Positions 20,357 through 31,003 of a stretch of 64,000 bases of DNA are shown here, in pieces. Where the stretch lies: NCBI GenBank assembly GCA_963828465.1, contig CAWHEU010000022.1:160001-224000 (forward strand), given 5' to 3'. The DNA comes from an uncultured Acidobacteriota bacterium (GTDB lineage Bacteria; Actinomycetota; Acidimicrobiia; Spongiisociales; ZC4RG35). A model generated the notes under the pieces. The model saw only the letters and a list, made by a program, of their open reading frames with translations. It was not told the DNA's origin and made no database searches. A program made the translations under genes and the position numbers. The number at the start of each line of letters is the position of its first letter. The stretch's first letter is position 1.

Positions 20357-21453
20357 TCGATGGTTTCCTCCTCTGGGATGTTGTTCCCGGCCCCGGTCAA
20401 AGCCGGGGTCCTCTCATTCGGCTCTCCATCTCGAGGGTCCTCCTCGAGTGGTCGGCACGAACTCTTCATCCAGGTGAGCCTCACGGCCCGCCCCACCTGG
20501 CGTTGCGCGTCGCTGTGATCCGAGGCGGTGTTCTGGGCGGCGACCTCGATCACCGCCCCGCCCACGTCGACGCGGTACCGGGTGTACATGCCGAGGTAGA
20601 CCGCCTCGGCGATCGTCCCTTCGACAGCGGCCCGATTCGACGCGACGATCGAGGCCGGCTCCTCGATGCTGATCTTTTCGGGCCGGACGGTGAAGGGGGC
20701 AGGCGTTCCCATGATCTGCTCCGCCAACGGGCCTGACATCACGTTGGAGGTGCCTACGAACCCGGCCACAAAAGCGTTGCGGGGGTTCTCGTAGACCTCC
20801 GACGGTGTCCCCACTTGCTCGACCCGGCCGTGGTTGAACACCGCGAGCCGGTCGCTCATCGTCAGCGCCTCCTCCTGGTCGTGGGTCACGTAGATGAAGG
20901 TGATCCCTACTTCGCGCTGCAGGGTCTTGAGCTCCAGTTGCATCGCCTGCCGGAGCTTGAGGTCGAGGGCGCCCAACGGCTCGTCGAGAAGGAGCACCGA
21001 GGGCCGGTTGATGAGTGCCCGCGCCAGGGCGACCCGCTGTCTCTGTCCACCGGACAACTGGCTTGGCTTGCGGGCCGCGAATCCGTCGAGATGGACCATC
21101 TCCAGGGCCTTGGCAACCCTGTCCTCCTTGTCGGTCTCCTTGCGCACCATCGGCCCATAGGCCACGTTCTCGGCGACCGTCATGTGGGGGAAGAGGGCGT
21201 AGTCCTGAAAGACGGTGTTCACGTCGCGGTCATAAGGCGGGACCCCGGTCACGTCGCTGCCGTGAAGGAGCACTCTCCCGCTTGTCGGGATCTCGAAACC
21301 GGCGATCATCCGTAGACAGGTGGTCTTGCCGCTCCCGGATGGGCCCAGCAGCGAGAAGAACTCACCGTCGGCAATCTCGAGCGAAACCCCGTCGACCGCG
21401 ACGACATCGCCAAAGGACTTCGCCACCTCGTCGAGCGTCACTGCCGAGGCCAT
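20353..21453 (-). CDS. ABC ATPase (YdcT/PotA-like)
   Basis: [32 protein letters not shown]. Confidence 0.9.
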   Translation of the reverse strand: MASAVTLDEVAKSFGDVVAVDGVSLEIADGEFFSLLGPSGSGKTTCLRMIAGFEIPTSGRVLLHGSDVTGVPPYDRDVNTVFQDYALFPHMTVAENVAYGPMVRKETDKEDRVAKALEMVHLDGFAARKPSQLSGGQRQRVALARALINRPSVLLLDEPLGALDLKLRQAMQLELKTLQREVGITFIYVTHDQEEALTMSDRLAVFNHGRVEQVGTPSEVYENPRNAFVAGFVGTSNVMSGPLAEQIMGTPAPFTVRPEKISIEEPASIVASNRAAVEGTIAEAVYLGMYTRYRVDVGGAVIEVAAQNTASDHSDAQRQVGRAVRLTWMKSSCRPLEEDPRDGEPNERTPALTGAGNNIPEEETIE

Positions 21454-21508
21454 CAGACCGGTCTCGACTCAGGGAACCGAGATCCAACCCGCAGCGGAGT
21501 GGGTTTGA

Positions 21509-23050
21509 TCAGACCGATGGATCGGTCACCTCGGCGTCGGTGGCAGTGGTGTCGGCAACCGACGTCGTGCCGTATCCCTCCTCTTCGGGATGACCGTGCT
21601 CGCCCTGTGTCATGGCGAACTCCTCTTCCGGTGAGAGGACCAGCTTGTTCCGGCCGGAGATGGCGAAATAGAGCAGGGCGAGGACGAACCAGATGGCAAC
21701 TCCGTACACCCCTGGGCGATAGGCGTCGTTCAAGAACAGCGCGACCAACGAGATGAGGGCGATCAGGCCAGCGACGGCCGCTCCGAAGATCCCAACGGGG
21801 CTCCGATAAGGGCGCGAGATATTCGGCATGTTCCGCCTGAGCCGGATGAACGACAGCATCTGCATGAAGTAGGAGATCACTGCCCCGAAAACCGCCATGC
21901 TCAGAAGCGCGGCCCCGGCGGTCCCGGTGTACTGACCGTCCAACAAGAACGCCAGCGCGAGGCCGACGACCGCTCCGAGGAGAAGCGCCACATAGGGCGT
22001 CTTCCGCTTGCCGTGGGTGAGCGACATCCAGTGGGGGAAGTAGCCGGCCCTCGACAGCGAGTAGATGTTCCGCCCATATGCATAGATGATCGTGTGGAAG
22101 CTGGCGATCAACCCGGTAAGCGCGAACAGCCCGAGGATCGCGGCACTGGTGTCGCTGCCCAGGACCTGCCGGAACCCATCCAGGAGGGGCTCGCCCGAGG
22201 TCCTGATCCCTTCGGCCCCATCACCGACCCCGGTGTTGAGAAAGAGGACTCCCATTCCGGTGATGACCAGAGTCCACAATCCCCACATCGTCCCTCTCGG
22301 GACGTCTCGCTTGGGGTCCATCGATTCCTCGGCAGCGAGGGGCAACTCTTCGATGGCCAGGTAGAACCAGATGGCGAAGGGCAAGGCGGCGAATATCCCA
22401 GCGACGCCAAATGGGAGGAACGACGTGCCCCCCTCCTCTGCGACGATGTTGGTTAGCAACGAGGCATCGAAGTTGGGGATCGCCAGCACGAAGAAAACGG
22501 CGAGCACCGCCAGCGATATCACGGCGATAACCACCGAGAAGCGCATCGTTGCTTCGATCCCGATGATGTTGAGCCCGACGAAGATCGCATAGAAGATCAC
22601 CCACCACCAAGGCAGGCCGAGCTCGAACCCGAACAGGTCGTTGAACACGCTCTGCGCATAGATCGAGGCGAAATAGACCACCACGACGGGCGTCACCACA
22701 TATTCGATGTTCTCGGCCACTCCGGTAATGAATCCGCCCCAGGGTCCCATTGAAGACCGGGCGAAGGAATAGGCGCCTCCGGTGTGGGGCATCGCCGGCG
22801 ACATCTCCGAGATGGAGTAGCACAGGCCGATGTACATGATGGTGATGACGATCGTGGCGATGAAGAGGCCGCCGAATCCGCCGACATCGAGACCGAAGTT
22901 CCATCCGGAGAAGTCGCCGGAGATGACTGCGGCCACACCAAGCGCCCAGAGCATCCATACCCCGGCGTGACGCTTGAGACCGCGCTGGTCGAAGTACCCC
23001 TGGTCGACATCGCGATAGGTGACCGAGCCGACCTTGCGTTCGGTCGACAT
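21509..23050 (-). CDS. APC amino acid permease, ethanolamine permease (Eat)-like
   Basis: About 12 TM; GVAAVISGDFSGWNFG, AIWFYLAIE, GLIASFH, SPEEEFA. Confidence 0.85.
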   Translation of the reverse strand: MSTERKVGSVTYRDVDQGYFDQRGLKRHAGVWMLWALGVAAVISGDFSGWNFGLDVGGFGGLFIATIVITIMYIGLCYSISEMSPAMPHTGGAYSFARSSMGPWGGFITGVAENIEYVVTPVVVVYFASIYAQSVFNDLFGFELGLPWWWVIFYAIFVGLNIIGIEATMRFSVVIAVISLAVLAVFFVLAIPNFDASLLTNIVAEEGGTSFLPFGVAGIFAALPFAIWFYLAIEELPLAAEESMDPKRDVPRGTMWGLWTLVITGMGVLFLNTGVGDGAEGIRTSGEPLLDGFRQVLGSDTSAAILGLFALTGLIASFHTIIYAYGRNIYSLSRAGYFPHWMSLTHGKRKTPYVALLLGAVVGLALAFLLDGQYTGTAGAALLSMAVFGAVISYFMQMLSFIRLRRNMPNISRPYRSPVGIFGAAVAGLIALISLVALFLNDAYRPGVYGVAIWFVLALLYFAISGRNKLVLSPEEEFAMTQGEHGHPEEEGYGTTSVADTTATDAEVTDPSV

Positions 23051-23101
23051 AGACGTACCTCCCTTGGTGAGTGGGCACCGAGAATAGGAATGCAGGCTTT
23101 G

Positions 23102-23129
23102 CCGATGCGGTCCGCATCGGTAGTTTTTT
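23102..23129. promoter_or_regulatory. Palindrome CCGATGCGG-T-CCGCATCGG followed by a T-tract in the divergent promoter
   Basis: Perfect 9-bp arms then TAGTTTTTT; function unknown. Confidence 0.4.
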
Positions 23130-23143
23130 GATTCGCCATTCAG
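23128..23143. promoter_or_regulatory. Putative TetR operator copy 5, degenerate (TTGATT-CGCC-ATTCAG)
   Basis: Retains TGA-N8-TCAG and the NGCC centre; lies between the divergent permease and GS operons. Confidence 0.5.
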
Positions 23144-23208
23144 CGACAGCCAGTGATGTCGCCGGCCTACCCTCCTGCCACCGAGAACGAGGGCAAGGAG
23201 CGCGTCGA

Positions 23209-24589
23209 ATGGGCGAATTGCGGGGCTTGATCAGCATCGACGAGTTGGAGGCGCTGGTCGCCTCCGAGGACGTCGACACGGTGGTGACCGCCTTCACCGA
23301 TCACTACGGGAGGGTTCACGGGAAGCGCTTCACGGCGAGCCACTTCCTCGATGAGATATCCGAGCACGGGACCCACGGCTGCGACTACCTGCTCACCGTC
23401 GACATGGAGATGGAACCGGTGCCCGGGCTACACGTACGCCAGTTGGGACCTGGGATACGGGGACTTCCACATGGTTCCCGACCTGAGCACCCTCCGGATC
23501 GCCACCTGGCTCGACCGCACTGCCTTCGTACTGTGCGACCTCGAAGACCCACGGACCGACGAACTGGTCACTGTGGCCCCTCGCACCGTCCTGCGCCGGC
23601 AACTGGAGGCGGCTGCCGAATCGGGGTACACCGCCAAGGGCGCATCGGAGCTCGAGTTCTTCCTCTTCGAAGACTCCTACAGGGAGGCCGCGGAGAAGAA
23701 GTACGACGGGATGCGTCCGGCCGGTTGGTACATCGAGGACTACCACCTCCTGCAAGGGAGCCGCGAGGAGTTCTACAACGCCCAGGTGCGGCGTCATCTC
23801 TCCGCCTCGGGGATCCCGGTCGAGAACTCCAAGGGAGAGTGGGGTAAGGGCCAACACGAGATGAACATCCGGTTCACCGAGCTCCTCGACATGGCCGACC
23901 GGCACACGATCATGAAGCAGGCGATGAAGGAGATCGCCGACAGCACCGGTGTCTCCATCACCTTCATGGCCAAGCCGGATATGTCAGAGGCCGGATCGTC
24001 GTGTCATCTCCACGTAAGTCTCTGGTCGGGCGAGAGCAATGCCTTCCCGGGTGACGAGGTCTTCGGCCCGGTCCATGGCTCCGACGAGTTCAGGTGGTTC
24101 CTCGGTGGCTGGATGGCTCATGTCCCCGAGCTGATGGTGTTCTACGCCCCGACCATCAACTCTTACAAGCGATACCAGGACGGCTCCTGGGCGCCGACCC
24201 GCCTCGGCTGGAGCTATGACAACCGCACGGCCGGGTTCAGGGTCGTCGGTCACGGCGAGAGTCTGCGCATCGAGTGCCGGATCCCTGGGGCGGATGCCAA
24301 TCCCTATCTGGCCTATGCGGCGGTGCTGGCCTCGGGGTTGGACGGGATAGCCAACAAGATCGAGGCGCCGGAGATCTTCCTGGGCGACGTCTACCAGGCC
24401 CAGGAGCTTCCTCGGGTTCCCTACACGCTGCGTGACGCCACCGAGCTGTTCGCATCATCCGAGTTCGTCAAGCAGGCCTTCGGGTCGGAGGTGCAGGAGC
24501 ACTACACCCATTTCTTCCAGACGGAACAGAAGGCCTTCGACAACTCGGTCACCGACTGGGAGCGCTGGCGCTACTTCGAGCGGATATGA
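23209..24589 (+). CDS. Glutamine synthetase-like gamma-glutamyl-amine ligase (GlnA4/PuuA type), +1 frameshift near 23425
   Basis: FTDHYGRVHGKR, ASELEFF, KGEWGKGQHEMN, FMAKP, GSSCHLHVSL, DNRTAGFR, RIECRIPGADANPYLA. An extra G in CCCGGGC breaks VPGYTYASW. Confidence 0.88.
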
Positions 24590-25365
24590 GTGGTCGTCTC
24601 GAAGGGAAGGTCGCCCTGATCACGGGTGCCGGCTCCGGCATCGGCCGGGAGACTTCGCTGCTTTTCGCCGCCGAGGGCGCCTCGGTGCTGGCCGTCGACG
24701 TGAACCGGGGGGCCGCCGAGGAGACGGTCGAACAGGTGAGAGCCTCCGGTGGTGAGGCGACCTCGCAGGAGGCGGATGTGGCCTTGGCCGGGGACAACGA
24801 GGCGATGGTCGCCGCGGCGGAGGGTACGTACGGCCGTCTCGACGTGATGTTCAACAACGCCGGGATCATGCATTCCGACGACGACGACGCCGTGTCCACG
24901 GAGGAAGGCATCTGGGACCTCACATTGGACATCAACGCCAAGGGTGTGTTCCTCGGTTGCAAGTACGGGATCCCCGCCGTTCGCCGCGCCGGTGGAGGCT
25001 CGATCATCAACACCGCTTCATTCGTCGCTCTGCTCGGGGCGGCTACGCCCCAGATTGCATATACCGCCTCCAAGGGGGCGGTGCTGGCGATGACCAGGGA
25101 GTTGGCGGTCGTGCACGCCCGGGAAAACATCCGGGTGAACGCACTATGCCCTGGGCCGCTGCGAACAGAGCTGCTGATGAAATTTCTCGACACCGACGAG
25201 AAGAAAGAGCGCCGGCTGGTCCACATCCCGATGGGCCGCTTCGGCGAGGCGGCCGAGATGGCGAAGGCTGCGCTCTGGCTGGCCAGCGACGAGTCGTCGT
25301 ATGTGACCGGGACCGAGTTCGTGGTTGACGGCGGGATCACCGCCGCCTACGTCACTCCCGAGTGA
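24586..25365 (+). CDS. Short-chain dehydrogenase/reductase
   Basis: TGAGSGIG, NNAG, YTASK, NALCPG. Confidence 0.92.
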   Translation: MSGRLEGKVALITGAGSGIGRETSLLFAAEGASVLAVDVNRGAAEETVEQVRASGGEATSQEADVALAGDNEAMVAAAEGTYGRLDVMFNNAGIMHSDDDDAVSTEEGIWDLTLDINAKGVFLGCKYGIPAVRRAGGGSIINTASFVALLGAATPQIAYTASKGAVLAMTRELAVVHARENIRVNALCPGPLRTELLMKFLDTDEKKERRLVHIPMGRFGEAAEMAKAALWLASDESSYVTGTEFVVDGGITAAYVTPE

Positions 25366-26792
25366 GCCTCCATCACCCCTTCATCGATGGGAAGCCGACA
25401 GCCGGCTCTGCGGGCGAGTTTGCGATTCACAACCCGGCGACCGGGGGGGAGATCGGGACGGTCAGCCGGGCCTCCTCCGACGAGGTCGATCGGGCGGTCC
25501 GGGTAGCCCGGGAGAGATACGACGAAGGGGAGTGGCGCAAGGCCACGGTGCGCCGCCGTCGCGACGTCTTCCGGGGCATCGCCGATCTGATCCGAAGGGA
25601 CCAGGAGCGCCTTGCCGCACTGGAATCGGAGAATGCCGGCAAGCCGATCGCCGCCGCCCGAGGCGAGGTCGGTGCGGTGGCCACGACCTTCGACTTCTAC
25701 GCCGGGGCGGTAGACAAGTTCCACGGCCAGACGATCCCCGGGAACGCCGACGGGACCCTGATGACGTTTCGGGAGCCGATCGGTGTCTGTGCCGCCATCA
25801 CGCCATGGAACTTCCCGATGCTCATCCTGAGTTGGAAGGCGGCTCCGGCTCTGGCGATGGGGAACTCGATTGTTGTCAAGCCGGCCGAGGTGACACCGCT
25901 GACGGCCTTGGCGCTGGCCGAGCTCGCCATCGAGGCCGGGCTACCTACGGGGGTGTTCAACGTGGTCACGGGCAAAGGCTCCGAGGCTGGCGATGCCCTC
26001 GTTCGGCACCCGCTCGTGAGCAAGATCTCCTTCACCGGATCGACCGAGGTCGGGGCGGGAGTGATGGCGGCAGCGGCCCCGGACATCAAGCGGGTCTCCC
26101 TCGAGTTGGGGGGGAAGTCGGCCTCGATCGTCTTCGCCGATGCCGACCTCGACACTTGTGTCGAATCTTCGATTTTCGCCGTCTATGACAACGCCGGCCA
26201 GGACTGCTGCGCCCGGAGCCGCATCCTGGTGGAGAAGGAGATCTATGAGGAATTCACGAGTCGTTTCGCTGAGCGTTCGGCGTCACTCGTGGTCGGGGAC
26301 ACCGCCGACGAGGCGACGGAGATGGGTCCGTTGATCACACCCGCCCAGAGGGAGTCGGTCGAGAGCTACATCCAGGTCGGGGTCGACGAAGGGGCCGAAC
26401 TGGTCTGCGGCGGCGAGCGGGTGGGCAAAGCAGGCAACTTCCTCTCGCCAACGGTTTTCACCGGAGCTTCGTCGAGCATGCGGATCGTCCAAGAGGAGAT
26501 ATTCGGCCCGGTTGTGGCGATCAGCGCTTTCGACGGGGAGGAGGAGGCCATCGATCTCGCCAATGACTCGAGATACGGGCTCTCCGGGTCGATCTGGACG
26601 CGGGACATCGGTCGCGCCCTCCGCGTCGCCCGCGCAGTCGAAACCGGGATGCTCTCCATCAACTCCTCCTCCAGTGTCCATATCGAGGCGCCCTTTGGCG
26701 GGGTCAAGGCGTCAGGTATCGGCCGGGAGCAGGGCATGGCCGCCCTCGAGCACTACTCCGAGTACAAGTCCGTCTTCATCGCCAACGACTGA
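25362..26792 (+). CDS. Aldehyde dehydrogenase (gamma-glutamyl-aminoaldehyde dehydrogenase-like)
   Basis: ITPWNFP, FTGSTEVG, LELGGKS, NAGQDCCARSR, EEIFGP. Confidence 0.92.
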   Translation: MSLHHPFIDGKPTAGSAGEFAIHNPATGGEIGTVSRASSDEVDRAVRVARERYDEGEWRKATVRRRRDVFRGIADLIRRDQERLAALESENAGKPIAAARGEVGAVATTFDFYAGAVDKFHGQTIPGNADGTLMTFREPIGVCAAITPWNFPMLILSWKAAPALAMGNSIVVKPAEVTPLTALALAELAIEAGLPTGVFNVVTGKGSEAGDALVRHPLVSKISFTGSTEVGAGVMAAAAPDIKRVSLELGGKSASIVFADADLDTCVESSIFAVYDNAGQDCCARSRILVEKEIYEEFTSRFAERSASLVVGDTADEATEMGPLITPAQRESVESYIQVGVDEGAELVCGGERVGKAGNFLSPTVFTGASSSMRIVQEEIFGPVVAISAFDGEEEAIDLANDSRYGLSGSIWTRDIGRALRVARAVETGMLSINSSSSVHIEAPFGGVKASGIGREQGMAALEHYSEYKSVFIAND

Positions 26793-26812
26793 CGGTGCGC
26801 CAGAATGGCGGC

Positions 26813-27520
26813 GTGAAACTGGGTCTTCTCGTATGCGATCACGTTCGCCCCGAGTTCGAGCACATCTCGGGGGATTATCCGGACATGTTTCGGAGGTTGT
26901 TCGCCGGCCATCCCGAGGTGGAGATCGTCGTCTACGACGTCATCGGGGGCGATATGCCCGCCGACCCGAGGGAGTGCGACGCCTGGATTACGACCGGGTC
27001 GCGTTACTCGGTCAACGACGATGAGTCATGGATCCGCGACCTGGAGCAGTTCGTCCGCGAGGTCGCGAACGAGCAGGTTCCATTCGTCGGTGTCTGCTTC
27101 GGCCACCAACTCATCGCCAAGGCCCTCGGTGGCACCGTGGTCAAGTCAGAACGCGGGTGGGGAGTGGGTGCCAAAGAGGTGGAGGTGAGGGGAGACCTAG
27201 GACTCGGTCCTTCCTACATTGTCCTGACCTCACACCAGGATCAGATCGAGGATCTGCCGCCGGGCGCCGAGATCCTGGGGTGGAACGAGCACTGCCCGGT
27301 ATCGATGATTGGCGTGGGCGAGAACATGATCGGGATCCAGGGGCACCCCGAGTTCGAGGCGGCCTATTCAGAGGCGTTGATGGAGTCGCGCCGGGGCGCC
27401 CTGATCCCGGAAGCGACTGCGGACGAGGGCCTGGCCTCGCTCGACGGCACCACCAACGGCGACCTTCTGGTCGACTGGATCCTGCGGCGATTCAGCTCAG
27501 ATGTGAATCGATCAAACTGA
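26813..27520 (+). CDS. Type 1 glutamine amidotransferase-like protein (possible gamma-glutamyl hydrolase)
   Basis: GVCFGHQ nucleophile and QGHPE triad. GTG 26813 follows CAGAAT-N6; alternative start 26795. Confidence 0.85.
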   Translation: MKLGLLVCDHVRPEFEHISGDYPDMFRRLFAGHPEVEIVVYDVIGGDMPADPRECDAWITTGSRYSVNDDESWIRDLEQFVREVANEQVPFVGVCFGHQLIAKALGGTVVKSERGWGVGAKEVEVRGDLGLGPSYIVLTSHQDQIEDLPPGAEILGWNEHCPVSMIGVGENMIGIQGHPEFEAAYSEALMESRRGALIPEATADEGLASLDGTTNGDLLVDWILRRFSSDVNRSN

Positions 27521-30500
27521 GGATCCCATGCCAGCCCCGCTCGGTAGCGATGGACCGAGCGGTCGTCAGATACTCCGCCCGCTTGTCCGGGGTGGTGAAC
27601 GGCGCCGCGATCACCGAGAACCGGACCACGTCGGCGACTGATCCCCATCCTTTCCGTCGAGCGATGATGGCGTCGATCTCCCGGGTGTCGACAGGCCCGT
27701 CGACGGCAGCGGCGAGGATCTGGCACGTCGTGTGGTAGTCGCTGAAACGCGGCAGGTGCCGGTCGTAAAGAGGCGTCAACATGGCGAAGCGCGCCGCATC
27801 GCCGAGAAGGGCTGCGACGAAAAGTGAGTGACCAATCGTCTCGGAGACTTCGGCCCAGGTGGACTCCTCGAGTCTGTTGGCGGCCAGAGAAAACGCCTGT
27901 TCGAGCTCATCATTGGCTAGGGCCACGTTGAGGCTGGTATCCCGAATGGAATTCTGCGTCTGCGGATCGTCCACCTCGGATATCAGCCGGGTCATCTCGG
28001 CGTCGAGCCGTCCAACCCCTTCGATGTCTCCTCGCCAAGCCGCCATGACCAACTCTGCGTTTGCGGTGTAGACCCGCGCCGCCGGCGGTTGTTCCCTTGT
28101 GAGCGGGTTGGCCAGGACCTCCTCGGCCTTCTCGAACTCACCGATATCCACGAAGGTCATGGCCATCTGGCCAACGTGAAACAGCAGGAGAGAGCGATCG
28201 CCGAGACGTTGTGCGGTCCGATAGGCGTCTTCGGCTACAGCGAGGCTGGCTGCGTCGTCGAGGCCGAACAGGACATAGGCCAGGTTGCCCTGCCCTCGGG
28301 CGATGGAACTGCCCAAATGATGGTCTTCGGCCAAGGCGATGGCGCCCTCGAGGATGATCCTGGCCTCTGACAACCTCCCTACTTTGCCGAACTCCGTGCC
28401 TTTGGTGATCAAGGCATCGATGATCTCCGGCATGAATTCCAACTCTTCGACCGCAGCAAGGGCGCGATCTGCTACCTCAACAACGCCGGGCATCTGGTTC
28501 AGCATCAGGCCGCGGGCATATACAACGGCAGCGCGGGCGAGCTCCGGATCCGAGGCGAGGTCGCTTTCGACCAAGGGCCGAAGCAACTCGACTGCCCGTT
28601 CGGGCTGGTTGTTCTCGACCAATCCGAGGGCGAATTTTCTGCTCACCCTGGTCAGCGATACCTGGTTTCCTTGGGCGCGGTAGTGAGCCATGGCCAGAGC
28701 TGCGTAACGTTCCGTGCTCTCGAGGTTCGCCAATCGCCCAGCCGCCTCGATGACCATCTCCCAGAAGGGGACACGCGCATCGTCGTCGTCTGCGATCTCC
28801 AAAGCGGTCTCAGAGATCGAGATCACTTGCTGATGTGACTTGAGATCGGCGGCACGGGTCGCCGCCTGGACCATGGAGAGGAGGGCACGGTCCCGGATGA
28901 CGTCCCTGGCCTCACCCGCAGGGGAGGCTTCGAGAGCCTGCAGATAATGCCCGGCCACGATCCCGGCGAGCTCTGGGTCGTCCAGACTCTCCATGTACTC
29001 GGCGACGGCGAGATGACGGGCCCGTCTGTTCTCACGGCTCAGACGGCCGAGCGCTACATCGCGAATCAGCCCCTGGAGGAATCGGTACTGGCCCCGATCC
29101 GCCGAGCGGATGTCGCGGACCGGCTCGATCAGCTCCCTGCGGCTCAGTGACTGCAGTTGTCCCTCGAGGTCAGAGGCATCACGCCCGGTGAGAACCGCCA
29201 GACCGGTGACGTTGAAGGTCTGGCCGAGCACCGCGGCATCCTGGATCAATGCCCTCTCATCTGCACCTAGCCGGTCGAGCCTGGCCCCGATGACAGCCTG
29301 CAGCGATTCCGGGATCACCAGTTGGGCCAGGTCGCCGACAACTCGATAGTCCCCGGCCTCACCGGCCAGTTGTCCCTGTGCCAGCAGACCTCTCAACAGC
29401 TCCACTGCATAGAGAGGGATGCCGGCGGCTCGCTCGATAATGGCCTCGGCTGAATCCTGCGGAAGCCCGGGCACCGCACCATGCACCAACTCGAGCATGT
29501 CTTCTCTCGACATCGGGCCGAGGGTGACCGAGATGACACCTTGGCGACCGGCGCCCCAGGTTGGCTTCAGCTCGAGCAGGTCGGGGCGGGCCATGGTGAC
29601 GATGAGGATGGGTCGACCCCGCCACCAGTCGGTCAGGTCCTCGACGAAATCGATGAGGGCCGAATCCGCCCAGTGCAAGTCCTCGAAAACGAGCACCGTG
29701 GTTCCCTGATCAGCCACCGCCCCGAAGAATGCACGCACCGCGGCATCGAGCTCGGAACGATCCCCGGGCGCTTCGCCCTCGCCGAGCACCGCGGCCAGCC
29801 TCGGTCGCATCCAGGCACGATCGCCCGGGTCAGGGACGTAGGTATCGAGGGTCTCGTCCAGTCGGCGTGCGACTGTCTCATCGTCGTCGCCTTCGGCGAT
29901 TCCAGCGCGTCCCTTGATCATCTCCGAGATGGCCCAGAAAGTGACGCCCTCGCCATAGGCCAGGGACCGGCCCTCGTGCCAGTAGACGGTGTCCACCAAC
30001 CCATCGATGTACTTGAGGAACTCCCAGACCAGGCGCGACTTCCCGATGCCGGCTTCTCCGACCAGAGAGACAAGACGTGCCCTCGATTCGATTCCGACGA
30101 CGTCGAGAAGGTCCTTGAGCAGACGCAACTCGTTCGCTCGTCCAATGAAGGGAGGCTCGAGGGACTCGGCCTTGCCACGCCCGGCCCGCTCGGAGAGGAC
30201 TCTGGTGGCTTGCCAGGCCGCCACGGGCAGCGTCTTCCCCTTGAGTGCCTGAGGCCCGATAGCTTCGAAGGCGATGGATCGGAGAGCCGCCTGCTGGGTG
30301 CTCTCACCTACCAAGACCGTCCCGGATTCGGCGATCGCTTGGAGACGTGATGCGGTATTCACCAAGTCGCCGGTTACGAAGCCCATTCGATCGTCATTGG
30401 GGCCGACCGCTGCCTCACCGGTGTGCACCCCCACCCTCAACCCGAGGTCGGGTGCGCCAACGTCGGCGGAGAGCTTGGCCACGATGTCAATCAGCTCGAA

Positions 30501-30920
30501 ACCGGCTCGGATGGCGCGTTCGGCGTCATCCTCGGTCGCTGTCTCGGCACCCCACACGGCCATGACGGCGTCGCCGATGAACTTTTCGATAATCCCGCCG
30601 AACAGTTGGATCACTCGCCGGCTCTGATCGAAATAGCTCGTCTGGAAATCTCGCACTTCTTCGGCGTCGCGGCCCTCCGAGAACTGGGTGAACCCGGTGA
30701 GGTCGGCGAAGAGGACCGTGACGAGTCGGCGCTCAGCCGTGACTGCCGGGGCGGGCGAGATTTGCGCCGCCGGCAGCGATGTCCCGCAGTTTCCGCAGAA
30801 ATTCGTTCCCGGTTCGTTGGATGCGCCACAGTTCGAACAGGGGATGGCGAGAGGATTGCCACAGTTTCCGCAGAATCTGTTGCTGGCCGGGTTTTCGGTG
30901 TTACAGACGCTGCAGATCAC
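27492..30920 (-). CDS. Double zinc ribbon - class III adenylate/guanylate cyclase - STAND/AAA ATPase - TPR protein
   Basis: Four CxxC pairs, LFADLTGFT, KFIGDAVMA, GDLVNTASRLQ, Walker A GEAGIGKS, Walker B LVFEDLHWAD, helical C-terminus. Confidence 0.9.
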   Translation of the reverse strand: MICSVCNTENPASNRFCGNCGNPLAIPCSNCGASNEPGTNFCGNCGTSLPAAQISPAPAVTAERRLVTVLFADLTGFTQFSEGRDAEEVRDFQTSYFDQSRRVIQLFGGIIEKFIGDAVMAVWGAETATEDDAERAIRAGFELIDIVAKLSADVGAPDLGLRVGVHTGEAAVGPNDDRMGFVTGDLVNTASRLQAIAESGTVLVGESTQQAALRSIAFEAIGPQALKGKTLPVAAWQATRVLSERAGRGKAESLEPPFIGRANELRLLKDLLDVVGIESRARLVSLVGEAGIGKSRLVWEFLKYIDGLVDTVYWHEGRSLAYGEGVTFWAISEMIKGRAGIAEGDDDETVARRLDETLDTYVPDPGDRAWMRPRLAAVLGEGEAPGDRSELDAAVRAFFGAVADQGTTVLVFEDLHWADSALIDFVEDLTDWWRGRPILIVTMARPDLLELKPTWGAGRQGVISVTLGPMSREDMLELVHGAVPGLPQDSAEAIIERAAGIPLYAVELLRGLLAQGQLAGEAGDYRVVGDLAQLVIPESLQAVIGARLDRLGADERALIQDAAVLGQTFNVTGLAVLTGRDASDLEGQLQSLSRRELIEPVRDIRSADRGQYRFLQGLIRDVALGRLSRENRRARHLAVAEYMESLDDPELAGIVAGHYLQALEASPAGEARDVIRDRALLSMVQAATRAADLKSHQQVISISETALEIADDDDARVPFWEMVIEAAGRLANLESTERYAALAMAHYRAQGNQVSLTRVSRKFALGLVENNQPERAVELLRPLVESDLASDPELARAAVVYARGLMLNQMPGVVEVADRALAAVEELEFMPEIIDALITKGTEFGKVGRLSEARIILEGAIALAEDHHLGSSIARGQGNLAYVLFGLDDAASLAVAEDAYRTAQRLGDRSLLLFHVGQMAMTFVDIGEFEKAEEVLANPLTREQPPAARVYTANAELVMAAWRGDIEGVGRLDAEMTRLISEVDDPQTQNSIRDTSLNVALANDELEQAFSLAANRLEESTWAEVSETIGHSLFVAALLGDAARFAMLTPLYDRHLPRFSDYHTTCQILAAAVDGPVDTREIDAIIARRKGWGSVADVVRFSVIAAPFTTPDKRAEYLTTARSIATERGWHGILSLIDSHLS

Positions 30921-31003
30921 GTTTGCGCACGTTACAGGTAACGGCGCGCTTGGCCGACGCCGGATATCATCCGTGCCGCGATCCATCGAGTGGAGGAGAC
31001 GTC

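Noticed and set aside
23209-24589. glnA (true glutamine synthetase)
   Set aside because: The SDR/ALDH/GATase/permease context and divergent sequence fit a gamma-glutamyl-amine ligase.
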